From Amoeboradix gromovi X-113 (Eukaryota; Fungi; Sanchytriomycota): DNA of 32,000 bases. Positions 10,224 through 21,273 of the stretch are shown piece by piece. Location: contig JADGIF010000018.1 of NCBI GenBank assembly GCA_018985225.1, positions 7,464 through 39,463 on the forward strand. Direction: 5' to 3'. Positions within the stretch are counted from its first letter, which is position 1. Each line of letters starts with the position of its first letter. The notes below the pieces were generated by a model that made no database searches, had not been told where the DNA came from, and saw nothing but the letters and a program-made list of their open reading frames with translations. The translations under genes and the position numbers were made by a program.

Positions 10224-10761
10224 TAAACTAGTAAAACTTGATTTATTTTTAGATTTAACCTAGGGCATGCATCAGTATCCTTCAGCCTTGGTGCCATAAT
10301 AGTAAATTACTTAGTTGCCATGAAGATCTAAATTCTGGATTTATAAACCAAATAAACAGTCTGGATCTGGATTACTATCTTTGAAGTGTTCAATTCTAGT
10401 TAACAAACCATTAATTGTGATTTCATGAGTAATATCATTCCTGTAAATCCTCTCTCAATACTTTCCCTAATTACATAAAAAAGGATGTTGTGCATGTCTC
10501 AGCTTGGGCATATGGCTCTATATTATCTAAGCTTGAATCTCTCCAAGCTTCAGGACGTTCAGACTCCGTAGAGTAGAGTAAAATATATCAATCTCCATTG
10601 GTCTGGTTGGATATCAATTAAACAATTTAATGGGTGAAGACAATTTGACTTAATCAAGTTTTTAGTGCTAAATTCTAGTTAGGGTTCTGAATCTACTCGT
10701 TGGTTCTAATTGACTGCGTTATACGACCTCACTGTTTGAGAATTGACATTGTAGGCCCCTC

Positions 10762-12771
10762 ATGACAAAGTCTCCTTACGAGCATTTGCAGATTTTGAAG
10801 AATGGAACAGATTCGTTTAAATTATTATCGAGCTACATGGGATGTCGGACAACACAGCCAGACATAATAATGAAATGCGTAATGAAGATGAACGAGGAAG
10901 ATGCTTCCCAATTGCTTAAGATGGCAACAGAAGCGATTCCTCTACATAAAGTGAACGGCAAAATGAGGTTCGACAAGTTTATAAAACTCATGTGTGAAAT
11001 ACAGCACCTCTCTAGAGGTTTAATTGTCAAACTGCTAGTTTATGTGTTCACCCCAATTATGCATGAATTTCTTGGTTATTGTATTCAAAATAACGATTTT
11101 CTAGATGGAAACACGTTTATTAAAGCATTCTTTATCAATGTGATTGATTTCCCCATCTTTAAATTGTGTTTACTGGAGTCTTTCAGCCATATGAGTGTTC
11201 GACACTTTAAAACTTATCCAAAGGGGTTTCTGAAATACTCAAATTACTGCAAAACTATTTCTTTTGAATTTCTGAAGTGTTTTGAGGCATCTGTTCCTCG
11301 CTATGTTGATGACGAAATCAAGTCTTCTTTTGATATGATTCGACAATCCTGTTACTCTCAACTGTCTTCAAATGTTGACTTGCCTTTCTCTGAGTTGTCC
11401 AATCTAAGATTGCCTATTAACATAACATGGCAAATGTACGAGTCTTTAAAATCCAATTACAGCTCCAAATCGTTTGAATGGGTTGCATACACTTTATTCA
11501 AGTCCAAAAACAGTTTAGAATTCATAAGCAAGTTAGTGAAAGATATACGCACAGATATTAAGCACTTTCTGGTTGATCCAGTCATCTTTACAACTCTGGA
11601 GCAGTCAATTGCTAACTTGAATTCTCATCTACAACAAAAATTTATTAAGAAATCGATTAAATTGGTACATAAACATCCATGCGATACTTCATTACAGTTA
11701 GCTCTCTACTTGTTTCTTTGCATTTATCAGAGTATTGACTTGTATTTGTATTTTAAACGCAAACTGAAGAAATATTCTAATTCCAACGCATTCATGACTG
11801 AATTAAGTGATTTGATTACCAAATATCCGTCTGCACATCAAAACACTGAGTGCACCACTTATTATCAGATTGTTGATCAAGTTGAATGCGGAGGCTCGAA
11901 TCCTACTTACGAAGAACTATCGGGTCCGTTTAATGATGCGAGCAGTTCTATTCAGCTAGATATTGCTGTGTCTGCTGCTCAACATGTTAACTACAATTCT
12001 AAACAAGCCCAGCATCTTTCCAGGTACTTTGACCATTACTTCACTCTACATGAACAATCTGTTGATAGTACATTTGACTTTGTTACAGCTATTAGTGGAT
12101 TGTGTCTCCATTTAGACTATGTACCATACAACTCTTACACTATGAATATTTGTGCATTCTCTATGAAAAAGAATCAGAAACATTTAAAATGGTTAAATGA
12201 ACACAGTTGTCATTCAAATAAATCGATCAGCTCTCAGTACCAGCAGTTAGTGCAGATGAAGCATGATTGCATATCAATGCAAACATTATACTCGCTAGAC
12301 AAACAAACCATATCAGAAATGAGTAAATTAGAATTGCTGCAGCTCTTGGTTTCTATTACTGAGTTGCTGATAATAAAAAGAAAGCTAGCCGTCCAGAAGT
12401 CGAGTCAGGTATGTATTATTATTTCATACATCATGCCGTATTGCTACAATGAGAAAGAGATGTACAAATGCTTGCATGCTATTTATGCTCCCCCGTTGAA
12501 AAGGATTACAGGAATCAATAGCTTTCATAGAGACTTTATAAAGCCGTTCCAGTTCCACACTATTGCTATTATATTGCCGTACATTAAGAATTATACAACC
12601 TGGTACAGCGATGGTTTGCAGAAGCACATTTTGAAACTATTGGATTTATACACTGGAGGGTACTTAAAGAGAAGAAACGCATTATTAGAGATGCTATTTG
12701 ATAGCCAGGACAAGGAAGTTATGAAGGGATTGTTGATCAAAAGCAAGGCATATAACACAATGGAACAGTAA
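10762..12771 (+). CDS. Hypothetical protein, 669 aa, probably alpha-helical
   Basis: Long uninterrupted ORF in AT-rich DNA; no motif recognised. Confidence 0.75.
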   Translation: MTKSPYEHLQILKNGTDSFKLLSSYMGCRTTQPDIIMKCVMKMNEEDASQLLKMATEAIPLHKVNGKMRFDKFIKLMCEIQHLSRGLIVKLLVYVFTPIMHEFLGYCIQNNDFLDGNTFIKAFFINVIDFPIFKLCLLESFSHMSVRHFKTYPKGFLKYSNYCKTISFEFLKCFEASVPRYVDDEIKSSFDMIRQSCYSQLSSNVDLPFSELSNLRLPINITWQMYESLKSNYSSKSFEWVAYTLFKSKNSLEFISKLVKDIRTDIKHFLVDPVIFTTLEQSIANLNSHLQQKFIKKSIKLVHKHPCDTSLQLALYLFLCIYQSIDLYLYFKRKLKKYSNSNAFMTELSDLITKYPSAHQNTECTTYYQIVDQVECGGSNPTYEELSGPFNDASSSIQLDIAVSAAQHVNYNSKQAQHLSRYFDHYFTLHEQSVDSTFDFVTAISGLCLHLDYVPYNSYTMNICAFSMKKNQKHLKWLNEHSCHSNKSISSQYQQLVQMKHDCISMQTLYSLDKQTISEMSKLELLQLLVSITELLIIKRKLAVQKSSQVCIIISYIMPYCYNEKEMYKCLHAIYAPPLKRITGINSFHRDFIKPFQFHTIAIILPYIKNYTTWYSDGLQKHILKLLDLYTGGYLKRRNALLEMLFDSQDKEVMKGLLIKSKAYNTMEQ

Positions 12772-12866
12772 ATAATATGACTAACACGAGCATTATGTAA
12801 CTTTGTATCCCCAAGCATATTATATGGAGAGCAAAACAAGATAGTTATAATTGATACAAAAGCAAT

Positions 12867-13541
12867 TTATTTGTTATAAAGTTTGACCACTTTATAGCCA
12901 AACGATAGTAAGCAAAAGAAACACATAGAATAGTTAAATACAATCAGCCAACTACTATTTTCACAGGCTTCATACCAGCTACCAGTGTTCTTTATTTGGG
13001 CATCATTTGCCGCTTTACAAACCACACTGCGGATGCTGACGACGTTGTTATAATCATCCTGGATACTGAATAGATAGCTCTGAGACGAAATGATCCAGAT
13101 TAATAAAAAACAAAAATCGGTGAAAAGTAGAATTTGATTTGCAATTTTTGAATTTGTTGTCACCCCATCTACGGATATTGGAATTGATAAGATTTGAGAA
13201 TCTGAAGTAGAATCAACCCTTTGAATTTCTCTGTGCCCGTTCTCATGTTTTTCAACATCTTCTTGAGCCAATGATTTACGTGTCCATACACTCATTCCAA
13301 TGATACAAATAATAGAATATGTAAGAGAAATCGTTGCAAGAACAAACGTGAAGTCTTGCCTAAAAGTGTAGACCTCATTTAACGATGGATAAGGATCAGG
13401 GAGTCCATCTAAGTATTTGTGCAGTATTCTTCTAATTCGATTTATAAGATAAATTGTTATAGCACATGCGATCATCTTTAAGGCGTTAAGATACAGCATT
13501 TTATTTTTCTTATTTGGAGAGGCTTCCTGATTACCAAACAT
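12867..13541 (-). CDS. 4-TM membrane protein of unknown family, paralog 2
   Basis: ATG at 13541; YPSLNEVYTFRQDF, YLFSIQDD, VCKAAND, WYEAC. Confidence 0.8.
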   Translation of the reverse strand: MFGNQEASPNKKNKMLYLNALKMIACAITIYLINRIRRILHKYLDGLPDPYPSLNEVYTFRQDFTFVLATISLTYSIICIIGMSVWTRKSLAQEDVEKHENGHREIQRVDSTSDSQILSIPISVDGVTTNSKIANQILLFTDFCFLLIWIISSQSYLFSIQDDYNNVVSIRSVVCKAANDAQIKNTGSWYEACENSSWLIVFNYSMCFFCLLSFGYKVVKLYNK

Positions 13542-13722
13542 TGGCCTGGTCGTTGGCGTCAAGTAAACACTGCTGAATAAACTAATATTTTTGACTCCTT
13601 ACTACTGTTCTTGTTTAGTATATAGGGAAATGTAGCATTGAGAGGTAATGAATATCTTTCTAAATAGAATAGATCTTCGTGTACAATGCATAATTATGAA
13701 TGACAGATACACTTGACACTAA

Positions 13723-13908
13723 AAACGTATAAAAAGTCAAGCACGTTTATTATTAAGTTGTTTTGCATTAGAACATGATGTTTGCACAGTGCCACCGTTC
13801 TATTATTTGTTCCAAGCGCAATTAATTAGACGCACTGCGTGCAAAACCATGAAACCATCAAATGACAAGCTCATCATCTCAATCGATCAACTAAACCATA
13901 GGCACTAA
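13723..13908 (+). pseudogene. Possible heavily decayed TnpB/Fanzor2 fragment
   Basis: FALEHDVCTVPPF...QLIRRTACKTM resembles YDLIYLPSF...LSSKVARNM at 15625. Weak. Confidence 0.25.
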
Positions 13909-14449
13909 GTCATGACCACTGATTGTATCTACAAATTCGATAGATATTTATAACCGCGGAGAGGCATCGTATTTTTATTCCCAAAATCTGACGAGCCTCT
14001 TTAAAACTGATGCCCGGACTACCGCCATGTATTTAGTCACTGCTCCTATAAATCGCATTTTTTCTTACGGAACTGAATTTTAACGGATTGATTATTATCA
14101 GTTTGAAAAGACAATATTTGACTTTAAATTTGAAAGTATGTTTTAGCTTACTAGGCCTCATCAGCAAGAAACAAACTTTTTCTAACCATAAAAATTTGCG
14201 TGCTAATCTTTATTTTGAAGCATAATGCTATGGTAAGAGCATCTCAATGCAAACACATGGTAAAACTTCAACTTGGGTTCGCATGAGTTATCGCTTATTC
14301 TTGTTGAGTAGTATTTATCAATCTCTGATTTATATAGATATAGTATTGACTTTGTGCTTCAGTGATTTATCTTTCCGTTCATTTTTCACGGAGAAAAGAA
14401 ACATTGTAGACGATACGGGACTCGTATAAGAGATGCTGATTTTGTTTGG

Positions 14450-15382
14450 TTGCCTGCTTCATTTAATTTGAAAAATCTATACGTGTTGCATCTTATGCAA
14501 GATATTCGTGACATTTCTTATGAAACTTTTAGAAAAACATATCATAAAGTCAAAAGTAGTAGATCTGAGATGTGTGACACTTGCATCGACTGCAAGTTAC
14601 AATTAAGCAATAATAAATTGTCAGAATCTCAAAATTTGGAACTTGCTAATGATTATCGCACCTACTTTGTGCAAAGGAAGCACGCCTCGAATACACCTGA
14701 GATACAAGCCGTGAAAATATCACACACTTGTCATTTGATTACTCTCAAAATATGATACTACCTCAATTGGCAGATCAACCTTCAGAACTATACTTTATGT
14801 CCTTGTTAACTATCAATGTATTTGGGATCCATAACGAAACAAACAAGAAGCAACTAAATTACATTTACAGGGAAGATCAAGGTAAAAAAGGAAGCAATAA
14901 CTTAGCTAGTATTTTGGCTGCTTATATTTTCTGTTTACCGCCCAACGACCGTCGATATTTGGTCCTTCATGCTGACAATTGCGTTGGTCAAAAACAATAA
15001 CAACTTTTTAATATTATTCATGTGGTTATGTCTCATGGAATATTGTGAGACGATATAATTCAAGTTTATGATTAAAGGACATACAAAGTTTGCACCTGAT
15101 GGGAATTTTGAACATATCAAGAGAGCCTACCCTGGAACAAGTAGTTTTACAATGGAACAGGTAAAACCATGTATACAGGATGCATCTGTTGTGAATAATT
15201 GTAAAATCTTTCCAAGTAGTCGATTCAAAGACCATCCATCCAGTTTGGACCATTTTTTCAAGAATATCCGAGGGAGAGCAAATTATCAACAATTCAAGTT
15301 TACAAGTATTTCCAAGGGTAAAGTGACCATGTCTGTGAATTCTAATCAAGAGACTGACTTTAGATCTTCGAAAGGATCATGA
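14450..15382 (+). pseudogene. Sola-like DDD transposase pseudogene (at least 2 frameshifts)
   Basis: SYETFRK..., CDTC, SFDYSQN..LP...QP..LYF, FGIHN, Y.Y.E..GKKGSN, LHADNCVGQ and GHTKFAPD.NF..IKR spread over three frames. No short intron repairs the shifts. Confidence 0.75.
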
Positions 15383-15624
15383 TCTAGGGGATCTCGAATA
15401 CGAATTTGTTCCAGACACGTTGCCATGTCTAGAACTAACTACAAGAAAAAGAACAGCTCGATTGTTTTCTTGAACAAATCATTTATCGAGAATTTTTATG
15501 CATTTCTATATAATTTCATGACTTTTCAATAGCTTAAATGCTCGATATTCTTCATTTTTGCAAATGGTAAATGGAGTAAATAGATGTAATCCTGAATATG
15601 TCAATTCTAAATAAATAACAAACA

Positions 15625-15925
15625 GTGGAGCATACAAAGACATATGATCTGATATACTTGCCATCTTTCAATACTAGTCAAAAGATAAGTAGCTTGTCGA
15701 GCAAGGTAGCAAGAAATATGGCAACAATGTCCCATTACACATTCAAGGAATGCTTGAAGTTCAAGTGTAAACAAAGAGGAAAGACGATAATCGAATGTAA
15801 TGAATCATTTACTAGTCAGACATGTACAAGCTGTGGTACTCTAAAAAACCAACGTAGAAACCTGAACCTGTACAAAGTGTCATTTGAAGATAGATAGAGA
15901 CCATATGGCAGTAAGGAACATATAA
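15625..15925 (+). pseudogene. TnpB/Fanzor2-like RuvC/zinc-finger C-terminal pseudogene
   Basis: YDLIYLPSFNTSQ..LSSKVARNMATMSHYTFKECLKFKCKQRGKTIIECNESFTSQTCTSCG, then after a frameshift CTKCHLKIDRDHMAVRNI*. Confidence 0.88.
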
Positions 15926-16044
15926 ATCCTTATTCAATCCCGCCACAGGGTAGTGCAAGCGTGAGCGGTCACTGTAACGGAACATCTAGCACTGCTAGTT
16001 TCTCTGTGGAAATTCTCCATTTTCTGGAAAATCAGGACTTTTAA
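15926..16044 (+). ncRNA. Candidate omegaRNA scaffold / element right end downstream of the Fanzor relic
   Basis: Motifs TATTCAATCCCGCC, AGCGTGAGC, TTCTCTGTGGAAAT and AAATCAGGACTTTTAA recur, degraded but in the same order, after the relics at 4099, 24851 and 28252. RNA function is inference. Confidence 0.4.
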
Positions 16045-16782
16045 CGGGAGACTTGCAAAATGTCATGAGATGTGTTCCAGAGGAATACAGAAATTCATAC
16101 TAGTTAACAGTTTTTATTTGATAATACTTCATTTATTGATCCACTTTGTTTATTTCGCCTGGACTGTTACAGTATGGCTTCGCTTTCTGCTCAATTCTAC
16201 AATCAAATCAAACCCTAAATCTATAGATATGAATTTGCTACTGGTACCGATTTAAACTAACAAAAAATACTACTATAAATCCAAACTTGTCATTATCTAT
16301 TCGCGACAGTGATATCTTACACAATTTCAAGATGATTCCAAGTTTAGTGAGACTGGAATTGAAGATTTCGAAAATTGTTTTTAAGAGCTGTAGGATCTCA
16401 CGGAAGCTCTCAAAATAATATTGGGCTATTTTCAAAACAGACTGGAAGCGATTGAATGAATAAGTAAATCAAATTTTCTTTCAAAAACTTTTTATCTGAT
16501 TGGTCAAGAAATTTGTCTCGTTTTTGTAGTGTATGTCCCATATTTTAATACATAGGTTGAATATCTCCGCGGAATTCTATCTATAATTAAGTATGAGAAA
16601 GAGTTGCAACTATCAATCTTTTAAAGACCACTGCTGCAAAACGCTTAATTTAGTTTTTTCTTTGATTTTCGCCTCATGGGAGCATTTATTTTTAGGAATT
16701 AAGTTGAATTTGCAGAAATAAAATTTTGATCGAGATTAAGATCATATTTGACATTGAACTAAAAAATTTACTTTTGTCATCT

Positions 16783-17436
16783 TCACTGTTTTGCAGTTCT
16801 ATTGTTCTTGCTCAAATACAGCAAGCTGTAGACACCACTGAACAAATATGCCACACATAGAGTATAACCTATTAATACCAGAGAAAGACAACCATTACAT
16901 ACCTCCCTCCAAGGCCTCTGATTAGAAACATGCGAGTCATTTGCGGCTCTGCATGATATGCTCTTGATGTCTAAAGTCACATCGTTTGAATTAATTGGAA
17001 ACAAAAACCCACTTGATGTGCATACCCATAACACCATGCACAGCATATCCGCAATTATGCTCGCTTTAGTTATAATCATGTTGGTTCTTAAATATCTTCT
17101 TTTCCTCAGTTCGACTTCCAAGCTGTCTTCTTCCTCTGATATATCGGAGCTCTTTAAAACAAGAAAGAATATGGCTAACAATGCTGCATATGATATGCAT
17201 ACTATTGAGAGTATCATTGTGAACTGCTGTCTATATAATACTATGTCTTTTGAATTGGGGTATCCATTTGGTAACTTGTCACTATTTAAATTCACCAATC
17301 CTATGTTATTAAATGTGATATAGCTGGCTGAAGACCCTAGTATAATCTGTATAAATTTAAAGGATACGCGCTTATCAAAATTAGGTAAATAAATTGGTTC
17401 GGATTTATCTATCGTGGACAAATCTTGTTCTGACAT
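16783..17436 (-). CDS. 4-TM membrane protein of unknown family, paralog 3 (more divergent)
   Basis: LPNGYP...IVLYRQQF, GFLFPI, ISCRAAND, WREVC. Confidence 0.8.
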   Translation of the reverse strand: MSEQDLSTIDKSEPIYLPNFDKRVSFKFIQIILGSSASYITFNNIGLVNLNSDKLPNGYPNSKDIVLYRQQFTMILSIVCISYAALLAIFFLVLKSSDISEEEDSLEVELRKRRYLRTNMIITKASIIADMLCMVLWVCTSSGFLFPINSNDVTLDIKSISCRAANDSHVSNQRPWREVCNGCLSLVLIGYTLCVAYLFSGVYSLLYLSKNNRTAKQ

Positions 17437-17482
17437 CACAACGGCCTATTTAAAATTAATTCAAAACTGCATGAAGAGTATT

Positions 17483-18652
17483 CTACTGTGATTTATTAAT
17501 CGCACTTACACTAGACGACTCTGTATTGCCTGCATCATCTGTCTGTATATCTTCCAGAGCATCTACACTTTCGTTCAGAATTTTCATATCACCGACTTCA
17601 TTAAGCTTAATTGGAGTCATTTCTACCTCTAAATCAGGTCTCATAGCTCTCGGAGACTGTTTTCGTGATGGTGAATAAATGTATGGCGCTGAATGTGCTT
17701 TTATTTCGGGAGTCTTTGGTTTGGGTGATTTGTCAGTTCCCAGTCCTTTTCTTCTTAGGGAATTACCAGAAGTTCTAACAGCAATTGCACTAATTGGATT
17801 ATCAATCGGGGAATACAATAACTCACCAGTCTTTAATAATTTCTCATTGCTACTAAGATCATCCTCCGCATCAGGCGTCTTTAGTTCGGCAGCTATCCTT
17901 GCCTCTTCTACTCTTTCTAGATGTATTTTAGCTATGTCTTCTGAATTGTATGCCCTACCTATACAAAGTGGGGCTCCACGTGCGTCTGAGTACGGTTTAG
18001 CGTTCTTTGGAATTGGATATTTGAAATTTGGTCCCATATTAACATGGACTTTGCTGTCTTTCCACAGGCCGACAGCCGGGTAAAATCTTCCTAAAAACAA
18101 ATAAGGAAATCCAAGAATTTCTTTGCCATTCAGATAATAGACAATTTTACTTTCCCTTTTCCATATTTCCACCTCTTTTTCGTTGACTGCTAAAGGCTGA
18201 TAGTTCTCCAAAGGGTCCCATTTTCGAGACTCCAAAATGGCTTCTTCATCTTCGGAATAACCATTGGGAAGCACAATAAGCATTCCAACCACATCGCCAA
18301 CCTTGAATCCGACTCTAGAATCAAAGCTCTTACGAGATATCGCTTGATGATACAAACCGCCACAGTTTCCAAAACCATAACCAAAGCAATCATAACCAGG
18401 GTATGCTTGCAAATCAGCACTGATCTGAGCATAACCAACTCTGCAATCGCCAGCTTTTAAAGTTATCTCGTAGTACCAGGATCCCAAATGCAGGCCACAA
18501 TTCCCTTTTGCTGTTCTCCATCCCAAGTTATTACTAATATCGTGTTTTTGATGTTGTATTTGAGGCGCAGAGTGGGTGTTCTCTTTACTCATCAGAACTG
18601 TTTCGTTTTTATTGTTCTGTAAGTCACGATATAGTTGATATTGGAGGGTCAT
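17483..18652 (-). CDS. BRE2: COMPASS subunit Ash2/Bre2-like SPRY protein
   Basis: SAPQI, GWRTAK..CG...GSWYYE, RVGYAQ...LQAYPGYDCFGYG, FKVGDVVG, FYPAVGL, VNMGPNFKYP; first ATG at 18652. Confidence 0.85.
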   Translation of the reverse strand: MTLQYQLYRDLQNNKNETVLMSKENTHSAPQIQHQKHDISNNLGWRTAKGNCGLHLGSWYYEITLKAGDCRVGYAQISADLQAYPGYDCFGYGFGNCGGLYHQAISRKSFDSRVGFKVGDVVGMLIVLPNGYSEDEEAILESRKWDPLENYQPLAVNEKEVEIWKRESKIVYYLNGKEILGFPYLFLGRFYPAVGLWKDSKVHVNMGPNFKYPIPKNAKPYSDARGAPLCIGRAYNSEDIAKIHLERVEEARIAAELKTPDAEDDLSSNEKLLKTGELLYSPIDNPISAIAVRTSGNSLRRKGLGTDKSPKPKTPEIKAHSAPYIYSPSRKQSPRAMRPDLEVEMTPIKLNEVGDMKILNESVDALEDIQTDDAGNTESSSVSAINKSQ

Positions 18653-18967
18653 TGAGACAGAAACGAAACAAACTTTTTCAAACAAGTCTCAAAAAAGAAC
18701 ATCTAGTAAAGCAGAGGCCCCAATTTTATCATTTATGCCTTAAACGACAATCCGGTGTTACCTATTCCTCTCCTTTCCAGCTAGTCATTTTTGTGACTAG
18801 GCGAAGAGGCATGCATAAATCGCAATGCAGAATTTAGATTATTGGGAAAACAATGCAACACGGCTATATCTTCTAAGTAGACCGATTCAATTAACGGATT
18901 TAGAGGCACCAAAAAGTCGCACTTTCGCATGAAATTGCAACAAAAATATATCCTCGTTTCATATCTT

Positions 18968-19618
18968 ATGGAAATATTCATAGAGGCGCCACGTTCACAA
19001 GGATGGCATTCATTTCCTTCACATATTTCAGTTTCTGAATTCCAAAGGAAAATTGAGCTAATAACTGGGATAACATCTTGCAACCAGAAAATTGATAAAC
19101 TAACAAATGCTGATCCATTCAAACCTCTTGAGGATTTTATTCAAAATAAGCAGCACATAATTGTGAGAGGCCAACTTGAATTTGATGAAGAAGTGGAGAA
19201 ATTTGAGATATCTAATGATCACTATTCCAAATTGACAGGTACGGTACAATCTTTCTTGAAGCAGAATAAATTAGGAAAGTATGGCGCAAATGACAGTGAA
19301 TACAGTGAGAATATTGAAAGCTATCCAGATATTGAAGTAGGTAAAAGATGTTTAGTAATTGTTGACGATTTTCAAAAGACAGGAACAATTTTATACTTTG
19401 GACCTTTTCATTTAAAACCAGGAAAAGTTTTTGTAGGAGTAGAATATGACGAACCATTGGGTAAGCATAACGGGACAATTGATAACCAGTACTATTTCAA
19501 GTGCAAACCAAATTATGGTGCATTGGTCAAACCGTCGAGTGTTATATTGACAATGCCAGATGGGTCGGCGATTCCTTCTCCTGACGAGCTGTTTGAACAG
19601 GAATTGATGGAGATGTAG
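18968..19618 (+). CDS. TBCB: Tubulin-folding cofactor B (Alf1)
   Basis: N-terminal ubiquitin-like region (KIELITG), VEKFEIS..Y, FLKQNKLGKY and CAP-Gly GVEYDEPLGKHNG...YF.C...YG. Confidence 0.93.
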   Translation: MEIFIEAPRSQGWHSFPSHISVSEFQRKIELITGITSCNQKIDKLTNADPFKPLEDFIQNKQHIIVRGQLEFDEEVEKFEISNDHYSKLTGTVQSFLKQNKLGKYGANDSEYSENIESYPDIEVGKRCLVIVDDFQKTGTILYFGPFHLKPGKVFVGVEYDEPLGKHNGTIDNQYYFKCKPNYGALVKPSSVILTMPDGSAIPSPDELFEQELMEM

Positions 19619-19677
19619 TTAATAAATTCTTGCTTGTTACCAGAAACTGTTAATCATTAGTATGAAGCGTTCTTATC

Positions 19678-19795
19678 AGCTACGGCCATACACACCTGGA
19701 AATACCTGATCCTGTCAAATTTCAGAAGTCAAGCAGGTGCTGGCATGGTTAGTACTGCCATCGGAGACGGGGTGGGAATCCCATGTGCTGTAGCT
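19678..19795 (+). rRNA. 5S rRNA gene (dispersed copy)
   Basis: 118 nt; helix I AGCTACGGC/GCTGTAGCT; GCCATAC; box A-like AGTCAAGC; GTTAGTACT...GGAGAC...TGGGAA box C region. Confidence 0.95.
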
Positions 19796-19800
19796 TTTTT
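19795..19800 (+). terminator. Pol III oligo-T terminator of the 5S gene
   Basis: TTTTTT at the 5S 3' end. Confidence 0.85.
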
Positions 19801-19929
19801 GCTGCTCTATTTTGCCAAAGTAACTGCTCAATGCGGCTGTTCAGGTAATATCCCGGATCCCATCATATTTGGTCAAGCGTAAATATGCTAATTAAATAAA
19901 TTAGAAGCAACATGTATAAAGCGTGTTTA

Positions 19930-21273
19930 TTATTCTTCAAGAGCTCCAGAATGATAAGAATCGATTTGGTTAGTTCTCTTTTTGTCGTTAATGTTTATTC
20001 GGTCACCTATAAACTCATATGTGTATTCCCCAATTTCGGCCTTATCAATTCCGTCAAATTCGTTATCTTCAGTCATTCTCAATGTCAGTTTTGGTATTTT
20101 GTCCATGATGAATAATAAAGCATATGTTAGCACAAAGCAATAGGCACAAACTGCCACTGTTCCGACCAGCTGATAGACTACCTGCATTCCGTTCCCATCA
20201 ATAGCACCTCCTGTTTTGGTGGGATCTGGATTACCCAGTGTTATGTAGTAGTTTTCCGAAAACACTCCGGTTAAAATAGATCCAATGATTCCACCGATTC
20301 CATGAATACCAAATACGTCCAAAGTGTCATCATACTTTAGCTTGAACTTCATTTTAATAGCTATATTTGTTCCCATACCAGATAATACACCAAAGAGAAC
20401 TGCCGCACCAGGACTTACTAAACCAGCGCCAGGCGTAATCGCAACCAAACCTGCCACTGCCCCAGAGCAGAATGCAATACACGACCACTTATGATGTCTC
20501 AGATAATCCAAAACCATAAATGATATTGCAGCAGTGCATGCAGCTAAATTGGTGTTAAAAAAAGCCAGTGCAGCTTGCCCATTTGGAGAGAGTGCAGAAC
20601 CACCGTTGAAACCCATCCAGCCAAACCATAGCAAGGCAGTGCCCAAAACTACGCTGCTAACACTATGCGGTCGATCCTGCATATCCCTTCGTTTGCCAAT
20701 AAACATGGAGCACGCAAGGCCTGATATACCAGATGCAATATGAACTACCAATCCACCGGCAAAATCTTGAATTCCCATTTGAAACAGCCAGCCTTCAGTG
20801 CTCCACACCCAGTGAGCTACAACATTGTACACCACTGTAGACCAAATGAACACAAATACCATTTTAGGTAGTATTCTACATCTTTCAGCTGTAGCACCAA
20901 GTAGCAGAGCAGGCGTGATACTTGCAAACATTCCTTGGAAGGTGATATAAGCAAAATCATTCACACCACCAGTAACACCACCGCCCATTCCTATTAAGAA
21001 AGCATTGTTCAAATTGCCAATAAACGGACCAGAATTGGGGCCAAAAACCAATGAGTATCCCCAAACATACCATTCAATAAATACCACTGCGACAGATAAA
21101 AAACACAACAATAAAAAGCTTAGACCGCTTTTTTCACGACTTAGACCGCTGTAAAAGTATCCAAGTGCTGGAATCATTAAGAATACCAGCGCCGAAGAAA
21201 ATAAAAGAAAACTAGAGTTGGTGCTTGTTTGAAGATTAAGGACTTGACTTTGTAATTCCTCAACTGAAGACAT
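19930..21273 (-). CDS. Ammonium transporter (AMT/MEP family)
   Basis: LVFLMIP.LG.FYSGL, FQGMFASITPAL..GA.AER, DFAGGLVVH, LLWFGW.GFNGGS, GLVAITP, DDTLDVFGIHG (twin His). Confidence 0.97.
   Translation of the reverse strand: MSSVEELQSQVLNLQTSTNSSFLLFSSALVFLMIPALGYFYSGLSREKSGLSFLLLCFLSVAVVFIEWYVWGYSLVFGPNSGPFIGNLNNAFLIGMGGGVTGGVNDFAYITFQGMFASITPALLLGATAERCRILPKMVFVFIWSTVVYNVVAHWVWSTEGWLFQMGIQDFAGGLVVHIASGISGLACSMFIGKRRDMQDRPHSVSSVVLGTALLWFGWMGFNGGSALSPNGQAALAFFNTNLAACTAAISFMVLDYLRHHKWSCIAFCSGAVAGLVAITPGAGLVSPGAAVLFGVLSGMGTNIAIKMKFKLKYDDTLDVFGIHGIGGIIGSILTGVFSENYYITLGNPDPTKTGGAIDGNGMQVVYQLVGTVAVCAYCFVLTYALLFIMDKIPKLTLRMTEDNEFDGIDKAEIGEYTYEFIGDRININDKKRTNQIDSYHSGALEE

Noticed and set aside
14700-15900. 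Short introns repairing the transposase or Fanzor frameshifts to give intact genes
   Set aside because: No GT/GC...AG segment of suitable length restores the frames, and the Fanzor N-terminus is missing.
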